Below, piece after piece: positions 18,275 to 26,921 of a stretch of DNA of 52,925 bases (positions are counted from its first letter, which is position 1; each line of letters opens with the position of its first letter). The DNA is from a virus (taxonomy: Duplodnaviria > Heunggongvirae > Uroviricota > Caudoviricetes). The position numbers and the translations under genes are program-made. The notes under the pieces are model-generated. The model did not search any database, was not told the origin of the DNA, and saw nothing but the letters and a program-made list of their open reading frames with translations. The stretch lies in the IMG/VR virus record IMGVR_UViG_3300041409_000458; one strand, written 5' to 3'.

Positions 18275-18719
18275 TTTTGTAAGTTTTTAAAATCCATTCA
18301 GCATATTCAATTAAGTCTTCTGGTCGTTGTCCTCTTGGTTGGTGAGTAATCCACAATTCAAGATTAGGTAAATTATTATCTTGTTTATTACCATTTTTAT
18401 GATGTATACTCTCGTACTTGTGTAGTTTTCTACCTAAGTATTGTTCCATTACATATCTATGTTCTTTTACCCAATCTTTGTTACCCTTTCCAAAACCTAT
18501 TTTTATTCTAACATATCCATATTCATCAATTCTTTTAGATAACAAAGGAGCCAAAGTATGCTTTTTGGCTCCTCTCCTATCCCTTTCGTGTTCTTCATAA
18601 TGAATTTTTCTGTAACAAGCTCTACAAATACCTCTTGCATGTATAGGTTTATCACAACCATTTGAACAATTTCCTACTCTTATTACTTTTCTTCCCATAA
18701 TTGTACCATTTGAATACAA
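18267..18719 (-). CDS. HNH homing endonuclease
   Basis: Zn-ribbon (CSNGC...CRAC), EHRYVME, HHKNGNKQDNNLPNLELW. Confidence 0.9.
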   Translation of the reverse strand: MYSNGTIMGRKVIRVGNCSNGCDKPIHARGICRACYRKIHYEEHERDRRGAKKHTLAPLLSKRIDEYGYVRIKIGFGKGNKDWVKEHRYVMEQYLGRKLHKYESIHHKNGNKQDNNLPNLELWITHQPRGQRPEDLIEYAEWILKTYKNE

Positions 18720-19287
18720 TATACGAAAGATTTACCAGAATTACATTACCTGTCTGAATAATACTTCCACATGCTACATAACTTGGGTCTTCCAAGAGAT
18801 GTGGAGGAAAAGTTTCTGCACTACCACAAATAGTCCTGATTCCATATTGGAAAGGCATAATCATAGTATTCCATCTTTCGATATCTTGCTTTCTCCATGT
18901 ATCATATTCACCAAGTAATAGAATTGCTGCTGGGAGCTTTTCATCTGGAAAGAAATGTTTCCATCCAATTTCACAGGCTGCAATTCCTAATTGGTAAACG
19001 TAGGTAATTTTATCCTTTCGCTCATCTACCAAGATGTCAAATTCGACCTTTTGAGATAAGTGATGGTCAATCCACGTTACATCATTCTCATCGGCTAATT
19101 TCATCATATCTTCCATGGGAAAACATATATCAATGATAATCAGCTTGGAACCTTTTGGTATTTCAGGAACAGGATTTCCATAATCCCAACCAATAAGTTC
19201 ACAATCAGGGAATTTTCTTTTTACTATAGCTCCTGAACTATAGCCATCCAAATCTTTGTTGTGATGGACACATATTGTTTTAGTCAT
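18652..19287 (-). pseudogene. DHH-family phosphoesterase, apparently C-terminally truncated
   Basis: HNKDLDG, IIDICF, WIDHH and GEYDTW motifs are present. No DHHA1 domain; the last ~25 codons run through the HNH promoter and start. Confidence 0.6.
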
Positions 19288-20389
19288 AATTTATATTTAA
19301 TTTCATTTTACCCTTGTTATCAAAAGCTTCTTTACTACAGTCCCAAACTTCATTTTCTTCAGCCCAAGCTATATCCATAATCAATTCATGAACTCCTCTG
19401 TAGTGAGTTCCTCGTAGGTCAAAACCAAACATTCCATTAACCACATCCTGAGATGAAGTTTCATAGAGTAAAGGGCGTCTGTTGTTTGACGAGGTATCAC
19501 CAACTATAAAATGCATAGGCATAACAAGAAAATCTCCCATACCATTTTCTTCTGCCCATACTTTAACTGCTTTATGGTAAAAGGCATTCTGAAGATAGTA
19601 ACTATTTTTAATATACATAAAATCAAAAGACTCATTGTCATAGGTAGTTTTTAAATCCATAGGTTGGATAATCTTAGCATCGTGGTCTATGATAAGCATG
19701 TCCACTTCACTCTTACAGAGGATGCTTTTATCTTCACCAAGTTCATATCTCCATTCAATAGGAAAATGAGTAAAGTAATCATATTCAGTATGCTTAAATA
19801 AATGTCGTGTAAAGTCATCCCTTAGAAGGTTATTACCAACAATCTTGGCTTTATCCATGAGTGACACATCTACAACAGTTTTGCCAATATTATCCATTAA
19901 CATTTGAAAATAAACTAATCCGTTCTTTTCAAAGTCATCAAGAATGTAGGCGTCATCTTTCTTCTTATACTTTCCATCTGCTCTTACTCTTGACAGAGCA
20001 GCATTAAATCTGGTTTCAAAGGAGCATGTTATTTCTCCTCTTTCGTTAGCACAGAGTTTTGTTTCTTCAAATAGAGCATCTGCAAGTTCAAAAACTTGTC
20101 CGGTGCCTTTTACTCCAGAGAAAAGAGCAAACTTCTCATCAAATCGAGAAGCAAATTCTACTTCATCTCCTTTACATCCAAGGACATAAAAATCTACAAG
20201 GTCTCCAATTATGAGAGCTGTACCTTTCTTTTCCTTTGCTGGTTTACCTAATTTGAATTCATTGTAGAATCTTATAGGGTCAGTATCGAAAGTTTTCAGC
20301 ATGCTCTGATTGAGTGCATCTAACTTTCGATAATTCATTACAGGCTTGTCTACAAACGCCTTTGGTTGGATTTGTTTTCCTTTTATCAT
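19280..20389 (-). CDS. PD-(D/E)XK exonuclease (RecE/Cas4-like)
   Basis: LNQSMLK, KSEVDML...MDLKT, YYLQNAFY. Confidence 0.8.
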   Translation of the reverse strand: MIKGKQIQPKAFVDKPVMNYRKLDALNQSMLKTFDTDPIRFYNEFKLGKPAKEKKGTALIIGDLVDFYVLGCKGDEVEFASRFDEKFALFSGVKGTGQVFELADALFEETKLCANERGEITCSFETRFNAALSRVRADGKYKKKDDAYILDDFEKNGLVYFQMLMDNIGKTVVDVSLMDKAKIVGNNLLRDDFTRHLFKHTEYDYFTHFPIEWRYELGEDKSILCKSEVDMLIIDHDAKIIQPMDLKTTYDNESFDFMYIKNSYYLQNAFYHKAVKVWAEENGMGDFLVMPMHFIVGDTSSNNRRPLLYETSSQDVVNGMFGFDLRGTHYRGVHELIMDIAWAEENEVWDCSKEAFDNKGKMKLNINYD

Positions 20390-20913
20390 GGTGATTTAAT
20401 TAAGTCCCTAATATCATGTAAGTTAATGATTTTTACGTTGTAACAATCAGCTTTTACAGTAAAATTGTTGGATGGGTCTATTTCTCCCTTTTTCATAAAG
20501 ACTGCTTGTTCATAGTACTCTTTAGGGGTCATGTAACCAAGTATCCAAGCTTTTTCCCAAAACTCATGTACCCGAGCAAAAATGTAGTAATCACATTTCT
20601 GATTAGGATTAAAGTTGGCTACTGAACAATCATAGCTGCTCTTGGGCTGAACAGTCGTAAGTTTTGTCTTAACCTCAAATTTCTTACCATTGAAGATGAA
20701 GTCAAAATCATAATGATTTCCTCTTTCAATCTCTCCAGAGGTATTATCCGTAAGATACTTCTTAACCACTTCTTCTCCTATAAAGCCTACCTCATTCCCT
20801 TTTCCTACAAGGATAGAATTATTTAGCTTACCCATCTCGTCAGATTTGGTATAAGCAATATTCCGGGTCTCAATAGACACCGGAACTTCAATTATCTTAC
20901 TTGTTTTTATCAT
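20386..20913 (-). CDS. PD-(D/E)XK restriction-like endonuclease
   Basis: GFIGEEVV...YDFD...FEVKT. Confidence 0.65.
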   Translation of the reverse strand: MIKTSKIIEVPVSIETRNIAYTKSDEMGKLNNSILVGKGNEVGFIGEEVVKKYLTDNTSGEIERGNHYDFDFIFNGKKFEVKTKLTTVQPKSSYDCSVANFNPNQKCDYYIFARVHEFWEKAWILGYMTPKEYYEQAVFMKKGEIDPSNNFTVKADCYNVKIINLHDIRDLIKSP

Positions 20914-21206
20914 ATCTTAATAAACGTTTTATCATCAATAGCTTTCCTAATCCACCTCATGAAAAGCATCGCTTTATCACGAGTACGAATTGTAGATGTT
21001 CCTATATCTCCAATAGGAACTGGGAATTTGTAGAGGTTAAAACGATAATCTTCCTCTGAGTCATAGTGGTCATACCAATCTTCATGAATTTCTTTATCTC
21101 TCTGAATATCCCTTACGACAAAGTAAAATATACCTTGACGAAAACTATCAAAGTCAACAAAATTATCTTTAACAAGATTTTTAATTTCTATATTATACCC
21201 TTTCAT
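20910..21206 (-). CDS. Hypothetical phage protein
   Basis: 98-aa ORF with ATGA coupling. Confidence 0.65.
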   Translation of the reverse strand: MKGYNIEIKNLVKDNFVDFDSFRQGIFYFVVRDIQRDKEIHEDWYDHYDSEEDYRFNLYKFPVPIGDIGTSTIRTRDKAMLFMRWIRKAIDDKTFIKI

Positions 21207-21634
21207 GCTATTATAAATTGTGATTTAAAGGCTTTTATTCCTATCCATTTATTGTAGGATTTATCTCCCATTTCTAGGACTCCTCGTGAAAACTGCTCTT
21301 TGGCTTCCATGTAATTCATTTGAGCTTTGTTCTTACATAGATGAAGAATTTCTCTTTTAAAGGAACCTTCTCCAAGTAAGGCAACATCAGCTTTTAGGTC
21401 AATAGAGCTACCAAAATACTTAAGCCATTGACTATCAATTTGTTCTATCTTAACTCTCTTTCCTGTAGCCTTCTTAGCTTTCTTGGAAAGTCTTGTCTTT
21501 TTGTTATAAAGAAAAGCTTTTTTACCTACATAGATTCTTCCATTATTAAGGTTTGTTATGAGATAAACGAATCCATAGATATTATCTGGTTGTTTATTTA
21601 CACATTTTCCACTTTGGTCAATCCAACAATTCAT
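21203..21634 (-). CDS. GIY-YIG nuclease domain protein
   Basis: GFVYLITNLNNGRIYVGKK...YFGSS...EAKEQ...YN. Confidence 0.8.
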   Translation of the reverse strand: MNCWIDQSGKCVNKQPDNIYGFVYLITNLNNGRIYVGKKAFLYNKKTRLSKKAKKATGKRVKIEQIDSQWLKYFGSSIDLKADVALLGEGSFKREILHLCKNKAQMNYMEAKEQFSRGVLEMGDKSYNKWIGIKAFKSQFIIA

Positions 21635-21647
21635 GTTTTAAAGGTTT

Positions 21648-21673
21648 AAAAGAGAGTAGGGTTTCCCCTACTC
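21648..21673 (-). terminator. Rho-independent terminator
   Basis: gagtagg-ggaaa-ccctactc followed by tctttt on the minus strand. Confidence 0.7.
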
Positions 21674-22367
21674 ATCTATTACAAATTTTGTTCTTTCGTA
21701 CTTAACTCCTCGTGGAACTTTATACTTTAATCCTACAATAATTCCCTTATCTCCAAGGAACCTTTCGTCAGTTTCGTCTCCGTTAATTACACTAAATCCA
21801 TTCCACGTCGAAGGTACAACTTTTTTGAATACCACAGCAACGTTTGCAACTTTATTTGTTAAAACTTGCTCGCAATATTTCCAATTGTGACCTGAGAATG
21901 AAAGAGTCAAATCATAATTATGAAGATTGTTTAGCATAGCCTTCCTGTGGTCTTTGGTATAGTCATAGAATTGGATATTATTAAAGCCACGTAAATCACG
22001 ACCTTGTTTCCTAAACTCTAAATCCCAATCTACATCACTCAAGAGGTTCAGTTCTATTGGGCTTAGCATTGAGTTTACATAATTCATTCCATAACTGCTC
22101 AAGAAATTCTGTCCTGTGATTTACAAAATATTCTGTCTTTCTTGACCTACTGGTTACCACATTATCAAATGATTGTCTACCTGCAAACTGGAGGCAGGCT
22201 GTTCTACATTCCTTAGTTGAAAACTTACATAAGTTCTCTCCTTTACTGTTAAGGTCTGTCGGCTGCAAAGATAAGTAATATGTTGGCATACTATTCTTTG
22301 CTGTCTTAGTGTTACTCTTGCCATCTGTCAAGAGGTTTCTTTTTCTAAAATATTCTATTAAGTCCAT
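21668..22367 (-). pseudogene. Gp88-like protein split by a frameshift (ORFs 22035-22367 and 21668-22102)
   Basis: N-half has LC-x7-C-x3-CL..AGR. C-half has LNLLSDVDW, FYDYTK, LTLSFS, NVAVVF, INGDETDERF and GLKYK. The halves overlap in different frames near 22050. Confidence 0.7.
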
Positions 22368-22400
22368 AAAAAGAAGAAGGAGAGCTGTATAGGCTCTCCA
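22368..22400 (-). terminator. Rho-independent terminator
   Basis: ggagagc-ctataca-gctctcc followed by ttcttctttt on the minus strand. Confidence 0.75.
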
Positions 22401-22416
22401 ACTACTTGATTATCAA

Positions 22417-23094
22417 TTACTTCACGTTATATTGGGTACTACCCACTACAATACTTGCTATTCTTCCTATTTTTGGACTAATGTAACCTAAAGGTGATTT
22501 CTTTTGACCTTTAATTGCATCCTTATCTAATGTTTTACCATTGATTAAAGTTACAGATTTAAATGTAGGATTTTGAGCAAATCTTAATACATCAGGCCAA
22601 TCAACCTTCTTGGCTTGAGCCTTAATGCCAGTATTCTGAACTGTATTTGCAGTTCCACTTCCAGCAACAACATTTTTAGTTATTGTTTTCTTTGGTCTTG
22701 GAGTTACAGGCTTTACAACCGGCGAACCAACTAAGGAATAAGTACGATAAGTACCATTGTCAGTGTAAGTAAATACACCATCACCAGCTAACTGGTCCAT
22801 AAATTTGCTTACAGTATCCTGTGTCCAGAAAAAATAAGGATAATCTCTCCGTAACTCAGTCTTAATTTCTAGAGTTGTTACGGTGTTGTTGGCTTTAGCC
22901 AAACTTGTTGCCACTGTTAGGCAAGCATCTTTCATTGCTTTCATATCTGTTGTTTTTAATTTTACTTGATTTGAGTTTACGGATATACAATTTCCTTCTG
23001 AATCACAAATATCCAGTCTACCATCCTTAAGGAGACGGAATACTTTAAAGGGTTCTACTAGAACCACTTCATCTCCGATTTTTATTTCAGCCAT
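22417..23094 (-). CDS. Hypothetical protein coupled to PARP (possible winged-helix core)
   Basis: Overlaps the PARP stop. Helix pattern TTLEIKTELR...TVSKFMDQL followed by a beta hairpin. Confidence 0.55.
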   Translation of the reverse strand: MAEIKIGDEVVLVEPFKVFRLLKDGRLDICDSEGNCISVNSNQVKLKTTDMKAMKDACLTVATSLAKANNTVTTLEIKTELRRDYPYFFWTQDTVSKFMDQLAGDGVFTYTDNGTYRTYSLVGSPVVKPVTPRPKKTITKNVVAGSGTANTVQNTGIKAQAKKVDWPDVLRFAQNPTFKSVTLINGKTLDKDAIKGQKKSPLGYISPKIGRIASIVVGSTQYNVK

Positions 23095-24278
23095 ATGATA
23101 TATTTTATGCGATTTTGTTGCTCATTATAAGCAATAATCTCGCTGTTAAGTAATCCATTACCAGCTTTAACAAAGGTACTATCGAATCCTCTTTTCTGTA
23201 ATTCTGAATAATTCAGTGGAAATGAGTTTCCCCGGAACCAGCCATCATAAACAAAAGGGTTTCCTGTGTGTACTTCATACACGAGAATTATTTTATCAGG
23301 GTCACTACCCGTATAACCTAAAGATTTCTGCATGTGCTCAGAGAAATAGTTACCATCACCATAAGCTTTACCTGAGAACTGAAAGTTTCCACCTGTAGGT
23401 CGAATCTTTAATCCTATCTCAAGTATGGGAATAACTGAAGTACAACGTGTACCATGAATTAAATGTTTCGTTGATTTGTCCTTCTGTTTGCCAACCCAGC
23501 CGTCAAACGTACTATCTTCTGCAGGTTTGTTAACCTCGAAAATAGCATGAACTTTTCTACCATGGCTTTGCTTTAATAGGTAATCAATCTCCTTGTATAC
23601 CTTGGCCTCAGCCATTGTGAGCCCGAGTTTGTCTAGCATGGTTTGAGATTTTTTAGTCTCGGCTTTTTTCTCTTTAGCTGTTTTAGGTTTGATTAAAGAT
23701 ACTTGAGCAGCCATAGCATCCAGATTATCCTGTTCACTTACCAAGGTCTTATTAAGTTTGATATTTGGCAAAAGATAATCATTTACTTGTCCCATTCTAC
23801 GAGGAATAACCGTGTAAAGTTCTACCAGTTTATCATTTACTTTTTTAGCTCCTGTCATTGTAGAATCGTCCATCTTATTTAACTCATCAATAATCTTCTG
23901 AGCTGCGTCTACTTGTTTTTGACTTACTGCCTCAGCTTTAACAGAATATGTAGTAGAAACCAGTCTATCTGTGTAAGCTTTCATTAAAACCAAGAAGTCA
24001 TTTACCAGCTTTTCCTTAACGTTCTCTAGAGGTGTATTATCCTTGGCTACCTTTGTCACTTCAACTGTTACAAAGTCTGTGACGTCTTTATATCCTTTTC
24101 TAATCTTCTCATTATATTTTGTACTCCACATGTGCATTGGGTAACTTGCAGTTTGTACAGTACTTTCTACTCTTCCGTATTTAACGTTAAAGTTTGAACC
24201 ATTGGCTTGCATTTCATAAAACTTATTGTTATTATTAGTGCTAACCATTATCAGTTTAGCATATTTTTCGTTGCTCAT
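23082..24278 (-). CDS. PARP-family ADP-ribosyltransferase (WGR + regulatory HD + catalytic)
   Basis: WGR: NNNKFYEMQ...KYGRV. HD: SQKQVDAAQKII...ELYTVIP. Catalytic: HGT, GDGNYFS, KSLGY, NSEIIAYNEQQNRIKY. The H-Y-E triad is intact. Confidence 0.92.
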   Translation of the reverse strand: MSNEKYAKLIMVSTNNNNKFYEMQANGSNFNVKYGRVESTVQTASYPMHMWSTKYNEKIRKGYKDVTDFVTVEVTKVAKDNTPLENVKEKLVNDFLVLMKAYTDRLVSTTYSVKAEAVSQKQVDAAQKIIDELNKMDDSTMTGAKKVNDKLVELYTVIPRRMGQVNDYLLPNIKLNKTLVSEQDNLDAMAAQVSLIKPKTAKEKKAETKKSQTMLDKLGLTMAEAKVYKEIDYLLKQSHGRKVHAIFEVNKPAEDSTFDGWVGKQKDKSTKHLIHGTRCTSVIPILEIGLKIRPTGGNFQFSGKAYGDGNYFSEHMQKSLGYTGSDPDKIILVYEVHTGNPFVYDGWFRGNSFPLNYSELQKRGFDSTFVKAGNGLLNSEIIAYNEQQNRIKYIIWLK

Positions 24279-24840
24279 TTTCTAGAGTTTTTAAGTAAAC
24301 CAATTTAATTGCCTGTCGAGCTGAATCAGTAAGATTCCTAGAACCTATACCTGCATAATTTTGAGTTAAAATAGGAATAAGTTCAGGTTTAAATTCAGTT
24401 CCATTCCAATAAAACCAGAATCCTTTAATAATATCAAAAACATGTACAGGTTTTCCCATCTGAATAGCCATTTCACAAGCCCAAGCTGTACCTCCAGCTA
24501 CTATTTGTTTCCCTGTAAGGTTTGAAAATCCTTTATCTTTATCAAAAGGTTGTACAATTCTGGAAATAGCAAATATAGCATCAGCTCCATTAGCTTGAAA
24601 CCAATTCCTTCTTACTAAATCCTTTCCGGGAAATTCCTCTGTTGGTCGTTGTAAAGCTGAAGCAGCAGCAAATACATCAGTTTCAATGAGTTGTTTTACT
24701 TCAGCTGAAGCACGTTTTAAGTCAGAGGGACGATAGTGCTTATGATTATTAAACCCATGCTCTCTACCGATTCTGTCCCATTCCATATCTGCTCCTTCAC
24801 AGCCTCCGCTGTGGTTAATATAGTTATTCATATTCTTCAC
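24256..24840 (-). CDS. SLOG-superfamily (YspA/DprA-like) nucleotide-binding protein
   Basis: HSGGCEGAD, RRN...ADAIFAI, GGTAWACEMA, AGIGSR. Confidence 0.7.
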   Translation of the reverse strand: MKNMNNYINHSGGCEGADMEWDRIGREHGFNNHKHYRPSDLKRASAEVKQLIETDVFAAASALQRPTEEFPGKDLVRRNWFQANGADAIFAISRIVQPFDKDKGFSNLTGKQIVAGGTAWACEMAIQMGKPVHVFDIIKGFWFYWNGTEFKPELIPILTQNYAGIGSRNLTDSARQAIKLVYLKTLENEQRKIC

Positions 24841-25909
24841 GATTTAATTTGATGATGTATGGAAAACGTGGAATGTCATCAGGAGTTCTGTTAAAGTATT
24901 TAACAGTTGCCTTAGTTCCAATATATTTTGCTCTTTCATTCCAGATAGTAGCAAGATATTCAAAATCTCCTTTTACATTACTCTTAAAGGTTTTATCCTT
25001 CTTATCATGTTTCATAACGAAATATCCAATTGTTCCTGCACGTCCACCTTCACCTTCAATGGCATCAAGAATTACAAACTCTTCATCTATGAAATCTTTC
25101 TTCTTAAGTAACTGTTTACTTCTCTTTTTCTCATAGTTTCCCAAATCGAGACGGATAATTGAACCTTCGAAGCCCATTTCCAAAAATTGGTCATGGTAAC
25201 GGTCAATATCTTTCTGATTTTTAACTTCGTAAGTTGGAACAAGTACAAGATTAGGATTAGGATTAGCTGCTAACCATCTCTTTAGAGCGATAAGTCTATC
25301 TGAGAATTTACCTTCATGGTCTGGAAAATCATAAACCCACATTTGAACCACGTCCTTACTTTCCTGAAGCTCTTCCTTAGTTGGAGTTTGTTTCTTACAA
25401 AGGCTTACAATCTTATTGAAATCATCGTGATATTTGTGATTATACAATTCTCCATCTAGAGTGACTTTATCCTGATACAAGTGAGGAGCAGCAAGATAAG
25501 CCTTACCATTTCTACTCATTAGAGTATTATTAGCATTAACAGCCCGTAGTCCATCAAGCTTAGGCTGTATGAAAGTTGGGACAGTAAAGAGTAATTTCTC
25601 GTACTTTCCCAACTCATGAGCCAACATAGGTTCAAAGAATTTCTTTTCATCTGTTAAAATTTCATTATAACCTCCATCAATCTTCTTCTGCCATTTGGCT
25701 TGTGCTTCCGCCAATGCCTGTTGTTCTGGAGTTGTTTCATTACTTCTACCAACGTTTTTTGCTTTACAAATAGTTGGTTTTGAGGTTGTTATTGTTCCTC
25801 CTTGAATACCTTCTTCAGTAAAGAAGTGGTCGTCCTCAGCTGTTATCTGCCAAGTCTGTATTTGTCCCTTCTGGGTGTACTTCAGGAGGAGTGGGAATGT
25901 TTTCTTCAT
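24824..25909 (-). CDS. ATP-dependent DNA ligase
   Basis: QPKLDG (motif I), SRNGK, LDGELY, EGSIIR, LLKKK, PRFP. Confidence 0.93.
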   Translation of the reverse strand: MKKTFPLLLKYTQKGQIQTWQITAEDDHFFTEEGIQGGTITTSKPTICKAKNVGRSNETTPEQQALAEAQAKWQKKIDGGYNEILTDEKKFFEPMLAHELGKYEKLLFTVPTFIQPKLDGLRAVNANNTLMSRNGKAYLAAPHLYQDKVTLDGELYNHKYHDDFNKIVSLCKKQTPTKEELQESKDVVQMWVYDFPDHEGKFSDRLIALKRWLAANPNPNLVLVPTYEVKNQKDIDRYHDQFLEMGFEGSIIRLDLGNYEKKRSKQLLKKKDFIDEEFVILDAIEGEGGRAGTIGYFVMKHDKKDKTFKSNVKGDFEYLATIWNERAKYIGTKATVKYFNRTPDDIPRFPYIIKLNREEYE

Positions 25910-26102
25910 TTGTTTTCTGTTTTATTTCTGAATATGCATAATATTTTCCATTGAACTGCATTGCCTTTTTAGGGGCGGGCATGAGATGTACAGGACCTTC
26001 TCCAGTTAGTGCTTCATTTAAGTCACTTTTAAGAAGGAAGGTTCTCACATTAATCTCCCACAATCTATATGAGATATTATCAATCATCATTACATTTTCC
26101 AT
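25836..26102 (-). CDS. Hypothetical protein
   Basis: Fills the gap between the ligase and the phosphoesterase remnant. Confidence 0.45.
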   Translation of the reverse strand: MENVMMIDNISYRLWEINVRTFLLKSDLNEALTGEGPVHLMPAPKKAMQFNGKYYAYSEIKQKTNEENIPTPPEVHPEGTNTDLADNS

Positions 26103-26103
26103 A

Positions 26104-26409
26104 TCATATTTCTATTATTAAAGGTTTGGTTATTAATTGAGTATAATCATTCGTCAGAACTGCTCCATTAGAGAACATTACTCTTCTGCTATTAGATACG
26201 CTTTTAAGATGAACTCCAAAATTGTCATGAATGTGACCAGAACAATGAAGTTTAAGACTTGTAAGCCTCTTTTTGATTACTTCAAATAAGTCTTCACATC
26301 CGACATGTCCATCTTTATGCCAAGCAGTTCTGTTTGCAGCGTCAACCATATCTAAGATTCCGAATGCTGGTCCATGAGTGTCTGATATGTGAACAATTTT
26401 TAAACTCAT
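26104..26409 (-). pseudogene. Metallophosphoesterase with in-frame internal deletion
   Basis: Motif I (ISDTHG) joins directly to motif IV context (THGPAFGILD). GD and GNHD motifs are missing; HVGC and GHIH are kept. Confidence 0.7.
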
Positions 26410-26843
26410 TTGTGTATTATATTTTTTGTTGAAAGGTTGTTATCTAAATAGTGAATAGCTTTTGTAAGTAGGTCCTTTCTATCATCAAAATAGCCTATTC
26501 CAAAATTGCATTTAGTGCATAGTAAACCTCTGATAATTTTGCTATTATGACAATGGTCTATGGATAAATTTCTTCCATTTTCTCCAATAGTTTTCCCACA
26601 AATAGCACATTTACCTTGTTGTTCATCAAGTAGAATCTGATAGGTGTTTTTTGAAATGCCTGTTTTGTGTTTCAGACTATTCCAATTCCTTGAAGTTCTA
26701 TTAATTTTAGCACGTTTGACACATTGTTTTGTGTTACAAACTCTGCAGTCAGGTCTTAAGCCATCTTTCTTCTGCTTATCTTTATAAAATTCACTAAGTG
26801 GTTTTGGTACACCACATTTTGTACATGTTTTTAAATCTTCCAT
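26406..26843 (-). CDS. Endonuclease VII-like HNH homing endonuclease
   Basis: CTKC...CRVC N-terminal zinc finger; QQGKCAIC...IDHCH...RGLLCTKCN. Confidence 0.88.
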   Translation of the reverse strand: MEDLKTCTKCGVPKPLSEFYKDKQKKDGLRPDCRVCNTKQCVKRAKINRTSRNWNSLKHKTGISKNTYQILLDEQQGKCAICGKTIGENGRNLSIDHCHNSKIIRGLLCTKCNFGIGYFDDRKDLLTKAIHYLDNNLSTKNIIHK

Positions 26844-26861
26844 ATATGTGTATGTTTTTAT

Positions 26862-26892
26862 TAAAGATACACATTTTGGTCAAATTACCAAA
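26862..26892 (-). promoter_or_regulatory. Bacteroidota sigma70-type promoter
   Basis: TTTG-N19-TATCTTTA. Confidence 0.6.
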
Positions 26893-26921
26893 TTTAATTC
26901 GAGCCCCGAAGGGCGTTTAAG

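Noticed and set aside
26900-26914. N4-type virion-RNAP hairpin promoter (cGAAg on the template strand)
   Set aside because: The GAA-loop stem would be only 3 bp. The RNA-strand UUCG reading is better, and the sister element lacks a GNA triloop.
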